This document shows positions 11,255 through 23,064 of a DNA stretch of 44,192 nt, one piece after another (the stretch's first letter is position 1; each line of letters opens with the position of its first letter). Location: NCBI RefSeq assembly GCF_001194135.2, contig NC_068996.1:46485694-46529885 (forward strand), read 5' to 3'. Origin of the DNA: Octopus bimaculoides. Its lineage: Eukaryota. The position numbers were made by a program, and so were the translations under genes. The notes under the pieces were generated by a model, which worked only from the letters and a program-made list of their open reading frames with translations, made no database searches and was not told the origin of the DNA.

Positions 11255-14200
11255 GTTGAAACATGGCTAAGAGAAAAGTAGCCATAATGTTTGACTATGG
11301 AACAAGTTTCTTTGCCGGAAAAGAAAGAAAATACTGGCATAGCATTGATTACAATAAATGACATCACTGCAACACCAGTGAAAGTAAAAAAAAGAAACCA
11401 TGGCTGATACAGTTTCATCTCTAAGCAGCATCAAAACATTTGACAGTTCAGTAAAGCAACAATTGAACAATAACACATTTGACAACGTCCACAACAATAC
11501 TTATTATAAAGACATAAAACCAAGAGAAAGAAAATTTTGAAAGAAACGCAAACATCACCGCTGCCTCTGCTACAGTCACTTAGGTAGCTAAAGCCATGAC
11601 AAGGGATGCTAGGAAGAGGCTTTCTTTTGCAAATGCTACAAGAAATCTAGATTTCCTTTGACCCTCCACCCAACATGATTGAAAGCACTTTGAGATGCAC
11701 ACTTACATACTACTGCATTGGAGTAAAATCGCATCAGGTCGAAAATGCTTCTGAGAGCCAAATCCAAAAAGGCTTTTGGAATGGCTTTTAAAGATTTGCT
11801 GGTACAGAGTCCCAGAACTTCCAAGCTTCTCGAAAATCAAGGTGAGTGATCTCTTCTTTTTCTTTCTCTGACTAACATGGCTGTGCTGAGAGTAGGGTGC
11901 GTGGATATGTGTAGCCTGAGGTCAGCTTGGAGGCAAGGTCACTTGGTCAATGATCTCTAGTTGCTTGATTTAGATGTAGCTGCCATTAATGAAACAAGAA
12001 TTTCCAAAAAGCATGCTCTAGCATTCATTTTTGAGGACTACAAGATATTCTCATCTTGTCTGTTGGGAGCAAGTGGTGGTATAGCAATGCTATTCCAGAA
12101 ATCCTTAGATCTCTAAGTACAGGCAATCTTCTTGGACCCAGACAGTAGGATGGTGGTCCTGGACGTGAATGGTAGTGAAGGTGGTGCCTTTAGACTGGTG
12201 GCTATTTACACCCTGACAAGGGCTAGAAGGCCAGATTTCTTCAGGCGTCTACAAATATTTTGGGGAATGTCTCACACTTTAGCACTAGTGCGGGACTGGA
12301 ATAGTATCTTGGATGCATGGAAGGACTGCCTGGGTCTAGTACATAGCAGATGGGGGTGTAAAAACCCTGAAAAATCTGCTCAGAAATTTCCTGCTGTCTG
12401 ACAGATGTTGACTGAATTTCCTTGATGTGCCAGTGTAGATGTGGAACAACCACAACGGGTTGTCCAGATCATAGTTAGGTAGAGTATCTGTTAGGTCAGA
12501 GCAGGGGTAGGCAATTTGCAGGCCGCATGCGGCCCACCACTGTTTTATGCGGCCTGCAGAAGCATTCAGCATACATTTGTCTCATTAAATTACTTGTGCT
12601 GGCTAATGTGTAATTTGCACATAAACTTAATGAAACCTTTTTTGTGTACCACTATTGTTTTAGTTTTATTTAGTTATTATTATGTAATTTTCACTTCGCA
12701 TTAAATGTAATGTTAAGTAACGAATACGATCAGTTATAGAAGATGTGGCCTTCCGCTAACCATGACCCCTAAGCCAAAACAATTGTCTGCCTTTGGGTTA
12801 GAGGATAAGGATAGCATAGGTTGTCCACAATTCAAATTGATCAGCTACACGGACCACAAATTTGTGATCTGCACAGTTGATTTAGATGAGGCCCATAGAC
12901 AGGGACCTGGTTACTGGAAGTTGAATGTGTTTTTACAAACATACAAAGACCACAGGAACTGGATTAGCGTACTAGTTAAGCGGCATTTGATGGGGGCAAT
13001 CATCAACAAGTGCTGGTGGATCGCCCTGAAGAGGACAATTAGTGCAGAATCAATATTCTTTAGCAAAGAGTTAGCAAACTGGAAGAGGTGATTGGTAAAA
13101 GGCATTGTAACTGATGTGTGAGGATGGCTCTTGACCATTTCTTTGAGGTGAAACAGAAAAGATGCGTTGTTGGGGATAAGACATTTGCGCTAAAGTATGA
13201 AGGAACTAAAGCCATCTGATGTGGCCTAGCAACAAAACTATGATCAGGTCTTTGACAGATCAGGGTGAACGCATGCTACACTATATTGAGCAGATGTGCC
13301 TGGGTTTCCAGCAACATTTTACCTTGGCTGTTTGGGGAGGGTGATGGATGAATGACAGTGGCTATTGGCAGCGGACATGAGATGAGGGATTTCACAAGTC
13401 ACAAATCACTTGGTTTAGATGATCTAACCTATGAATTTTATGTATTCATTCTAGATTTGTTTGACAAATGTCTGCTGTAACTGGCAGCAAAATGGAAGAA
13501 TTCTTAGTGCTTGCTAGCCAGAGTGTGGTAGCACTGCTGAGGAAGGACACCGACAATAGGAACTTGTTTGAGAATTTTTGACCCATAACTCTGCTAAGCA
13601 CAGAGTTTAAGATTTTGGCTAAGGTGTTAGCTAAAAGGTGCTTGTTATTACTAGTCTGGTTGGGAAGTGCAAACGTTCAATCCTGAACTGGTTCATCCAC
13701 AACCTCCACCTTATGTGATATGTCGATGAGAGAGTTGGCTTTGGTGGTTCCCTGATCAATTTGGATCAGTCAAAAGCATTTAATAGCATCAATCATTGCT
13801 GCTTGTAAGCTGTCCTGAAAGTGGCCAGTTCCAGACCAGTTTTCATAGGCTGGATCACTGCAATGCACAGCAGCACCTGTTGGAACCGTTTCACATTGCA
13901 TGTTTGGTCTGTCAGGGTTTTCTGCTGTTACCTCTTCTGTAAATGCTATCTCTAGAGCCAATGCTGCAGAAATTGAAACAGTTGACGGGCACCATTTTTG
14001 AACTGGGATGTGATAGGCAGTGTTGGCATATGTAGACAATATCACCATCATGGTGTTAGACACCTCCAGAGTGGAGATAGTCAGCTCCATTTTAAAGAAT
14101 ATGAGTCAGTTGCTAGGGCCAAAATCAATGCTGACAAGTCAGTGGGCTTGCGACTGGACACCTGGAGAGGTGAATCAATGCTGTTAGATGGTGTCATTGG

Positions 14201-14480
14201 GCACTGGATTGATGGACTAGTTAAACTGCTTGAGATCTGGTTTGGTCCCAACTTCCAGGTGGATAAGAATTGGAATGAAGTGATAAACAGAACAGCTAGT
14301 TGTCCCTGAAAGGTCAGGCAGAGGTGGTGAAAGCCTACACTGCCTCTGTCATCATTTATCATCTGACCATCATGCTTCACCCCATTTACTGCTTGATTAG
14401 GTTATAGCATCTCTTGTCTATTGTCTTGTGGGAGGGACACATTCTAATGGACAGGTAGTCAACCTGTTGCCAGCTCCCTC
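11255..14480 (+). mobile_element. Most complete L1/Tx1 copy: deleted ORF1 (ATG 11263) plus decayed ORF2 (ATG 11877; APE endonuclease and RT)
   Basis: MAVLRVGCVDMCSL...DVAAINET (APE start), RDWNSILD, YTDH...GPGYWKLN (APE end), SLGLDDLTYEFY, PITLLSTEFKILAKVLAKR, LINLDQSKAF, YVDNITIMV, KINADKSVGLRLDTW, IWFGPNFQVDKNW. Many stops. Confidence 0.9.
12502..12795. mobile_element. hAT (Charlie-like) MITE inserted in Tx1 ORF2
   Basis: Left CAGGGGTAGGCAA...ggccgcatgcggccc; right ttgtctgcctttg (9/13 to the TIR, all mismatches transitions); 8-bp TSD GGTCAGAG / GGTTAGAG. Confidence 0.85.
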
Positions 14481-14610
14481 TTATTTGCCCTGATGGCAAA
14501 TAAATTAAATCATTACCTTTGCTGCTGGTATCATACTTGTAAGGCATGCTGAGCTATGTCTCAGAAAAATTTTGCAGAATATCAACTATTTTGATCTGAA
14601 AATTTTTAGA

Positions 14611-14754
14611 TCATCATCATTTAATGTCAGCTTTCCATGCTAGCATGGGTTGGATGATTTGACTGGGGACTGGCTAACAGGATGGCTACACCAGATTCCA
14701 ATCTGATTTCGCGGAGTTTCTGCAGCTGGATGCCCTTCCTAACGCCAACCACTC
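14611..14754 (-). mobile_element. Family A RTE-tail retroelement
   Basis: (CAT)n tail plus consensus body. Confidence 0.85.
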
Positions 14755-15079
14755 GAAGATGAAGAAGATGAGCAAAGCATCTTACATATACAGGATGGGG
14801 ATTGAATGGTCAGGTCAGGTACTGACATGATTATAATGGAACCAGAAAACAAATACCTGCCCCCCCCCCCTCATATTCCCAAATAACCAAGGTTATCAGT
14901 AGTGGTGGGCAACTGACATTCTGTCAGTTATGACGAGGCTTCCAGTTGATCCAGTCAATGGAATGGCCTGCTTGTGAAATGAACGAGCAAATGACCAAGC
15001 ATTCTACAGACACATGTACTCTTAACATAGTTTTGAAGAAAATTCAGCATGGAACAGAATGTAACAAAGCTGGCCCTTT

Positions 15080-15230
15080 GAAATACAGATACTACTCACT
15101 CTTGCAGCTGAGTGGACTGGAACAACATGAAATAAAGTGTCTTGTTCAAGGACACATGATGATGTGGGGAATTGAACTCAGGACCTTTTGATTCTGAGCT
15201 AAATACCTTAACTAGAAAGCCACATACCTT
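15080..15230 (-). mobile_element. Family D tRNA-derived SINE fragment
   Basis: Reverse complement of the tgtgtccttgaacaagacactttatttca...ccactcagctg block at 32565-32625. Confidence 0.65.
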
Positions 15231-15272
15231 CACCTATTGGTGGATAGTAGAAAGCCCAGCTATCATCTCTAT

Positions 15273-15440
15273 TTAACCCTTCAGTATTCTGATTACTCTG
15301 TCAAATGTAATTATTTAATTAATCGCATTAGTCTGAATTAACCATCATAGCTTTGAGATTTTAATATGTGATTGTTTATTTTCAGAATGACATTGTTGAG
15401 TAGGTGTGAGAGGCAAGATATGACTGGTCTAAATGCTCAC
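15273..15440. mobile_element. piggyBac-type MITE, right end eroded
   Basis: TTAA-cccttcag start; internal tctgtcaaatgtaat, atagctttgagatttt and agaatgacattg blocks shared with 27916-28126 and 41770-41912. Confidence 0.6.
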
Positions 15441-15914
15441 AACAAAGATGAACCACCACAGATCAAACACTCCTATTGACCCCACATCAACAACATTAAC
15501 AAAAATGCAGTTTCTGCAGTAGCAGTATCAAAAAAACAAAATCAATTGCAGAAGCAGCAACAACAACAGACCCTGTTACTCTCACCCCAAAAGAAGGAAA
15601 CCTCTCAGCAATGCTATCCAGTCTCTCTATAATAAAACATGAAAGTGCAGGCTCACCTCTGTTGTCTGCTACTTAGACCATTCTGAATTGAGGATGCTGA
15701 TAAAACAAAAGTATTTTCAAATTTGTGGAAAAATAAAAATAATTCTTGTTGATGACTGCTAACGTTGTTTTTCATTGTCAAATATGGGAGGCATTTGCCA
15801 ACATCCTTTTCATTGGTCCATCCATTTTATTCCTGTGAGGTGACAAAAATTTATTTCATATTTACTTACTTCATTACAACAATAATTAAAAGACATGTAA
15901 TCTGCCATATTTTA

Positions 15915-16068
15915 ATATATATAAGGAACCCTTTTTTGTCAAAAATTAGGTTAAAAAATATGGGAGTTTCTTATACATGGATAGTATTATAATCCCTTAC
16001 AAAACCTTTTTTTCCAAATTTTAAGCCCCCAAAATTAGGGGGTTCTTTATACACGTTAAGATGCAGTA
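15915..16068. mobile_element. Probable end of a pogo/mariner-like DNA element
   Basis: Motif ggg(a)gtt(t)ct(t)tatac repeated directly (15963, 16040) and inverted (15920), ending tgcagta. No matching other end found. Confidence 0.35.
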
Positions 16069-16189
16069 TTTTGCATTTATGTTGTAGATAATGAAAAACA
16101 AAATCCTAAAACTCCAATGTTGGATTTTGGTTTCAGGTCTAAACTGTCATGGCAAAGAAACACAGACACCTCTCCACTGATGTCAAACT

Positions 16190-18660
16190 TATGAACCCCT
16201 ACTTGTACCCTGAATTTTTTGCTGTACTCATTACCAACCCTCACCTTACTGGTAGAATCCCTGTACATAGCTTGTACAGTTCTCACCAACTACTCTTCTA
16301 TCCCTAGTTTCCGCATTGACCACCAGATAAGGGACTGGGGGACCCTATCAAAGGCTCTCTCCTTGTCAACAAAAGCCAAGTACAGAGGTTTATCCTTGGC
16401 TAGGTATTTCTCCTGCGGCTGCCTTACCAGAAATATGGCATCAGTGGTGCTTCTACCTGGCACAAACCCAAACTGCATCTCATCTAGACTAACTCTCTCC
16501 CTAATTAATTGGGCTATGACCCTCTCCGTAACTTTCATCACCTGATCCAACAATTTAGATACCTTTGTAATTCTATCTAAGGCATCACCTTTACCTTTGT
16601 TGCAGATCACTATGGTGCTTCGACACTAGTCATTGAGTATGACTCCTTTGTGAACCACCTCATCTATACATATAAATTTGACACAGGCGATTCTTTCCCA
16701 TCTTGGGATTTGCAGTCAAATGGCTGGGTGGAATTGCATGAAAAATTATGCAGATGTGTAGAATGATCCGGTGGTGTTGCTGGGCTTTGTATTTTTTTCA
16801 TAGCTCCCATGGTTACTGAGATAATCTACTATAATAATACTCTTGCGTTTATGAATGAAAAAGGAAGGGGTGATGTCAATTTTATATGTGTGTGTATATA
16901 TATATATCTATATATATATGTTGTGGTTTTTGGTTTCATATATATACTTCCATTTTTATGTGTGAATTTATTTTTTTCATCATTTCAACTCTGTGTGAAT
17001 ATATGTGTATGCAAAAGGGGGGGGGCAGGGTATGTGAATGTGTGTGTGTGTTTGCTGAAACCTTCCAGTTACTACAGCTATCAGCAACTGAACATTTTTA
17101 TGAATTTGGGTTTTTTCTTTTAAAATATTTTGCTTGTTTTTAACCTTTATTTTTGGTGTTTGAATACAAAGAGGAGGTAAATATTTAGAAGATAGCAGGT
17201 TTTACAGCAACATCAATCAAACTACCTGGGTGAAACTGGGAAAAACAGCTAGTTTACAATATGGGTGACCAGACCATAATCCACACCGCCAGATATTTTA
17301 AGCATCTCAGCAGTGATTCCTGATGGGCCGGTGGCTTTCCCTGTCTTTATATCCTTAATTGCTTNNNNNNNNNNCCCTGTCTTTATATCCTTAATTGCTT
17401 TATCTACCAAGGTGCTGTTGATTTGGATAGCTGGTCCCTCAATAGGGTCAACATTTGGCAATTGGGTCCCATTCATTCTCCACGTTCAGCAGCCTTTCAT
17501 AATGGCATTTCCAAGCCTTGTTCTTTGCAGAATCATTAAATGCAAGTGTACCATTATCCATGCCGATACATTTCTCTCCTATGACATCATGATATTCTTT
17601 CACACACTGTCTTGCAATCCAGAACATCAGTTCTTTGGTCCTCACATCGCTAAATGTAGACAAACTTCTTCCTTTCTGCTTCTGCCTTGGGTAGATATAC
17701 CTGTCTCCTAGCTTCTCTTCTGGCAATCTGATACAGTTCCAGCTACCCCCACTCTTCCAGGCCCGTTTCTTTGCCCTGTAGCATGACACAAGAAGCCAGC
17801 AACATTTTGTGCAAGATCTTGTCGGCAGCCATTACCATGTCGAAGTCAAGAGCGAGGCCATGCATGAGACCACAGCAAGACTCTTGTGGGTAACATCTAT
17901 TTAAGGAGGTGTATTAAGCAACCCGTCCTCTCTCTTGCATTGGCACTCATGTTGAACAACACTGCAAACTAGCAGCTCACAGCGGATTTTTAATCCATTC
18001 TAACTTTACCTGTTATCTCCAGAGGTAATGTACACCTCACGACTGGAGCTAACAAACTACACGCTGCCATACAGATGGTTGCTGGGAGCAGGCCCCATGG
18101 ATGAGAACTAAATAAACAACCATTGAATTGCATCTGCTTGTAAGCTTCTTCTTCTTTGAGTTCCAGATCCTAAGATTACAGAAAATAATTATAATGGGAA
18201 AAGGAGATACTCCGCAGGTATCATGAACATTCGAGACCTATTATAACTCTAATGGCTCTCCACCACCATGTTACTCTAGGTCTGGATGTGACTTTGCACA
18301 GATTTGGTCTGAGGGCGTCCTTAAATCTCTGACCATATGAAGGGTCTTTAAACTGCCAAATCTTTCTTTTCCAGATTGGTCTTCTTCTTCTTCACATCCT
18401 TCTGGTCTGGAGTCTAAAATCATTAATGATTAGTCTAGGCAGGTGGGTACATTCTTCACCAAGGAGGGTCTTTGTATTTAAGAACAACCATGCATCCTAC
18501 TGTCTGGTGCTGGCTAGCACAGACACCTGATTAATAGGTTGTCAGGTGGCTGGCTGGCTGGCTTCCTGAAGTTGGTGTTGCAGATCAATAGGTTATTTGC
18601 ATCACAGAATTCCAGTAGCCTTGTTTCCTCTTCATTTTGGGGGCCAATTTCATGGCCTCC
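16190..18660 (-). mobile_element. RTE-clade LINE ORF (APE and RT), decayed, interrupted at 16661-17251
   Basis: RLLEFCDANNLLICNTNFRKPAS (APE), WKCHYERLLNVENEWD, KATGPSGITAEMLK, KGKGDALDR...LDEMQFGFVPGRSTTDAIFLVRQPQEKYLAKDKPLYLAFVDKERAFDRVP...QVGVHK. Confidence 0.92.
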
Positions 18661-19537
18661 TTCCAAGGATATAAGAATTACAAATTATGATATGTATGTA
18701 ATATATGAATGTGGGAGAATGCAATGGGAATATAGTTAAGAGAACATAGAGTAGTGCTTTAACTCCGGCGTCTTCATTAAGGGCTAATACCTCTGACATT
18801 AAAAGTTAGGTATAAGATCAACCCTTTTAGTTTATTTTCAAATCTTTAAATATACTTCCACTTTCACAACTGCCATAATTATGATATATATATATAGCCC
18901 CGAAGATAAATTTAAAATATCAGTATTCTTTTCTAGAAATGAAATAAGGTTTAAAAAAAAAAAACATATGTAAAGATTTAGCCCATAATAAAATGTAGTT
19001 AGAAAACTTTACTTTTTAAAATATAGGTTATCGTAACCTAATTATGATTACCTCCCTTGCAATGTATACTGTTATGTTAATCGTGTTGTCACTGAAGTAT
19101 TTTAAATTAATAAACGAATCTAGAAAAATAGATATAAAAAATAATATTACAGGAAAATTTTAGTAAAAAAACTGACTTAATATAGAATTTTCTTTTGATT
19201 GTTTATTTGGTTTAAGTTCCTATTAAATTTCTTCTAAATTTCTTCCAACTATTTGGAGTATTTCAAATTCTCGCCAGTTTTTTTTTTTTTTTTTTTCAAA
19301 TTTTCTACACTGGCTTTAACTTAAGATAAAGATATCACATTCCTGTTATTAATTTCCTGTAAAAATTTTTTTTTTAAATACTGAATGTGGTTTTCGTCAT
19401 CAGCATACAAAACTACGTCTTTGAAAATAATCTGAAAATTTGAAATACTTCAAGTATTTGGAAGAATTTAACAATATACCCATTTTATATACGATATGAA
19501 GATAATATGCGATTTTTTTTTTATATATGTGGAATAT

Positions 19538-19715
19538 CATCTTCGTCATCATTTTAATGTCCACTTTTCTATAGTGGCACAGGTTGGACAGAGATTACTG
19601 AGGTAGCCTAACTATGGTTGGATGCCCTTCCTAATGCCAACCACTCCAAGAGTGTACTGGGTGCTTTTTACATGTCACTGGCATGGGAGCCAGTCAGGTG
19701 GCACTGGCAGCAACC
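19538..19715 (-). mobile_element. Family A RTE-tail retroelement
   Basis: catcattttaatgtccac...ggatgcccttcctaatgccaaccactccaagagtgta. Confidence 0.8.
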
Positions 19716-19759
19716 ACATGCCCCCCTCCCCACGACTGGCTCCCATGCTGGTGAGACGG

Positions 19760-20360
19760 GAGTTTTCACAATATCAGAAATGAATGACATTCATTTGCAG
19801 TTACTCTATCCAGCTAACAATTTCAGGTTTATACCTGTAATTATTGGGGCCCTGGGATATGTAATACACTGCCTAAATACCAATTTTGTGAAATTAGGCT
19901 TCTCAAAACCAGAAAAGAGAAAGCTAATTCAAAGACTACTGATCCAATCCATCAATGGAACTGTAAAAATCAGTAAAACTTTCCAGAAGTTTATCATTTA
20001 AATATATATGAGCATGTCTAGATATGTAACTATATGCATGAGAATACATACATAAAATAAAACATACAAGTCTGCACATATACATACATACAAACAAAAA
20101 TACCCCTGTTGTTGATGTTGAAATTCCAATGAAGGAACCTTGGATCTAGGTTAGAAACCAGCTCTTTCTCTATTGGAAAGAAATCTTGAAATAAACTGAA
20201 TAATGAAACACACACACACACATAAATGGAAACAAAAATACCCTATTGTTGATGTTGAAATTCCAATGAAGGAGCCTTGGATCTAGGTTAGAAACCAGTG
20301 CTTTCTCTGTTGGCAAAGAATCTTGAAATAAAACTGAATAATGATATACATACATAAATG
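19760..20360 (+). mobile_element. 3' end of a restriction-like-endonuclease LINE (R4/Dong-like) with duplicated 3' terminus
   Basis: LQLLYPANNFRFIPVIIGALGYV...KLGF...LIQRLLIQSINGTVKISKTFQKFII* fits the V/IPIVIGALG C-terminus of REL elements. The 3' UTR terminal unit is repeated at 20092 and 20230. Confidence 0.7.
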
Positions 20361-20992
20361 TTGACTGATGAAAATGAGTGCTCAACATTTAAACATTAAA
20401 ACAACTGATGCCAAATCAGCATTGATTCATCGATGCTAAACAGGCAGCAACGAAACAGCTGTAACAAAAACATCTCATACCCTTCATATCCAGAAAAAAT
20501 GCCATTTGACTTACAGCTGTTAAGTTACTCACACACACTCTTTCATCTGGCTCACAGATCTGCCCTCTCGTCTCTTTTTCTCTTCTTTTTCTGCAATTAT
20601 GTCTTCTTCTCCTTGGAGATGGCCGAACTCCTGCCACTGCCACTCAGACCCTGACCCTCCCATTTTGCCTACTCTCATTCCACTTGCTGCAATCACCCAC
20701 TTACCAATTCCTGAACTTATTTCTATACTTACTCCTTCCCCTCAAGAACGTTGGGTCTCTGGAATTTCTAGTTATTTTCCACAGGGCTATTTTGTAAAAG
20801 TTGAAGAGAAACTTTAATGCCATCATGCTTCTCAATATAGGGAGCGGTGCATGTAAAACACAAGGGGAAGGTAGTACCCCTTCCTCCTAAACAATTTATT
20901 TTGGAGAAAGCAATATTTTGAATTGTCATTCCAGAAAATATAACTAGGAGAATTATTCCTGCATATTAAACTCACTGGTGCTGGTTCCAAGA

Positions 20993-21163
20993 AAAAAGCA
21001 CCCAGTACACTCTGTTTAGAGGTTGGCTTCAGGAAGGACATCCACCTGTAGAAACAATGCCAAAACAGACTGGAGTCTGGTGCACTCCTTTGGCTTGTCT
21101 GTTCTTGTTGAACTGTTCAACCCTTTTCAGTATAGAAAAAGGGATGTTAAATGATTATGATGA
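20993..21163 (+). mobile_element. Family A RTE-tail retroelement, diverged
   Basis: aaaaagcacccagtacactctg...gttaaatgattatgatga. Confidence 0.75.
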
Positions 21164-21175
21164 GACATTGTTGTG

Positions 21176-22174
21176 TGATAAAAGAATAAAGAACCTTGTA
21201 GAGAACGACCGTGCAAACCAAAGGAGATGGCAACGAATGGGAGAAGGCTCCTTTTAACGTGTCGCATGGTCGACACAAAACATGTAATATAATATAAGAG
21301 GGCTCGCATGTGAGATGCGAGGAAATGCCAGCAAAGGAAAAAGAGAGACACAACCGTTAGATATATATAGAGAGTAAGTTTATTAGGGTAGTCAACTGTG
21401 TGTCTGTGTGTGCGTGCATGCGGCAGTATAAGTAATACAATACATAAGACAAGCCTTCGTATGAACAATAGTATGTATACAATAATATGTGTGTGTATGT
21501 GAATGAGAAATACAGAGCATGGAATAAGAGTCTGTAACAGACTATCAGAGTCCTGAACACAAAGATGGAGAAATACCAGTTCATAGAAGAGTTACACAGT
21601 AGGTAGAATGTCTGTACGCAAGAAGTTGTTGCCGAATAGCAGAGCTGAGGTCTCACATGTTGTGTATGAAGTTGAGCTTTGATGCTGCAACTGGTTACTT
21701 GGTACAGAAGATTCTCACAGGTTATTCTGGCTGTTATTTTCGAGGTGGAAACAATCCACACAAACAGTGTTGAGAAGGAACCACGGTTGCTGTTGGTAAC
21801 ACGTACTCTGGTGGTGGTGTGGACGCTGGCGACGACATTGTAGTAGACAATAGATTGGTGGTGTTGACATCGTCACTGGAAACTGGCTGGAGCTGTGTTG
21901 AGTGAGATGGTCAACGACCAGACCTGTCAGAGGTCTGAAATCGAAGACAAACTGGCGTGGATGAAGCAGGGCTATTTATAGATAAAAAGGGGCTCAGGAA
22001 ACAGCAGAAAACCTCTCTCTTACGTAACCTTAACAGAAGGCCACGATTGGTTGATATGCACCCTGGCGCGAAACAAAACTGTTGACAAATGCTGCGCAAA
22101 TAAGAGCCAATCAGGGTGATGGACACAGCAGTGTCCAAGCGGCCGAAGGCTAGATGTTAGCTGCTACGTTATCA
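21176..22174 (-). mobile_element. Unclassified ~1-kb dispersed element, possibly a solo LTR
   Basis: TGATAA...TTATCA ends, internal promoter motifs, minus-strand AATAAA (21379-21384), diverged homologue at about 36810-37395. No convincing TSD. Confidence 0.4.
21972..22111 (-). promoter_or_regulatory. Pol II promoter-like cluster: two CCAAT boxes, TTACGTAA palindrome, TATAAATAG
   Basis: CCAAT 22107-22111 (+), ATTGG 22046-22050, TTACGTAA 22020-22027, TATA box 21972-21980 on the minus strand; locally CpG-rich. Confidence 0.5.
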
Positions 22175-22244
22175 TTTGTAAATAAATACCCAAGAAAAAG
22201 GTTTCACTACAATCTCTTTAGTCATGGGATTGCACATAAAAAGT

Positions 22245-22390
22245 TTCCACTGAGGTTCAACTCAGAGCAGACTTGTGTCTTGGGTAAGACCAGCAGTTGC
22301 CCATGCATACCAGCCTCCTCTCTCCATGTCACTGATATTATCTAAGGGAAAGATTGATATAGCTTGGCATCAGTGACATTGCAACTCATT
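22245..22390 (-). mobile_element. SINE 3' fragment (probably family D)
   Basis: gtaagaccagcagttgcccatgcataccagcctcc...agcttggcatcagtgacattgcaactcatt; assignment from recalled family consensus. Confidence 0.5.
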
Positions 22391-22439
22391 CAACATACCT
22401 TGGCTCAGGTGGCCACCACTTCTATTTACTTGCTAATTA

Positions 22440-22640
22440 ACCCATAACCGTTCTGCTGCCAATTGGCATAGACGCTGGCCAGCACATGCCCGAACAAGTC
22501 TGGCATGCTTTTGTAGAATTTGTAAGGCAGACCATCGAGACCTGGCGACTTCTCCCCAGGGCATTCGCCCAGTACCTTGATCATCTCCTCGGCCGTGATT
22601 GGCCCCTCACAACACTCAGCTTCTGGTGCTGTCCACACAG
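22440..22640 (-). mobile_element. L1/Tx1 RT N-terminal fragment
   Basis: CEGPITAEEMIKVLGECPGEKSPGLDGLPYKFYKSMPDLFGHVLASVYANWQQNG. Confidence 0.9.
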
Positions 22641-22646
22641 CCACAT

Positions 22647-22687
<41 letters not shown>

Positions 22688-22917
22688 NNNNNNNNNNNNA
22701 TATATATAGTCAATTAAAAAAAAACACAGAGAAAAAGAAAAACACAAACAAACTGTTGGACATGGTATAAGCAATATATTGCTAAGGCGCTCAGAGAAAA
22801 AAAAGTGTAGAAGTTTTACGCTTTGAGCATAGCTCTTCTTCGGAAACAAGAAGAAACAGGAAAGGTACAAGACGAAGGAGGAAAAAAAAAAAAAATTGCC
22901 AACAATCATATGTGGTT

Positions 22918-23064
22918 ACAACAGGCTTCTTTCAGTTTCCATTTACCAAATCCACTCACAAGGCTTTGGTCAGCTAACATTTGCCCAAGGTGCCATGTAG
23001 TGGAACTGAACCTGGAACCATGTGGTTGGGAAGCTAGTTTCTTACCGCACAGCCATGCCTGCGC
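22918..23064 (-). mobile_element. Family B SINE head fragment
   Basis: ggcttctttcagtttcc...gaacctggaaccatgtggttggg...cacagccatgcctgc. Confidence 0.8.

Noticed and set aside
17339-17398. Direct repeat ccctgtctttatatccttaattgct on both sides of a 10-N gap
   Set aside because: Typical unmerged contig overlap, an assembly artefact rather than a biological duplication.
20416-20817. Arg-rich ORF (PSPRRRRHNCRKRREKE) as a protamine-like or viral peptide
   Set aside because: It comes from a purine/pyrimidine-skewed low-complexity stretch, with no splice, promoter or homology support.
21357-21761. 134-aa ORF as a Gypsy integrase tail or GIY-YIG nuclease
   Set aside because: Only a vague resemblance (ITCENLLYQV); the diagnostic residues are missing and the frame is not preserved in the second copy.
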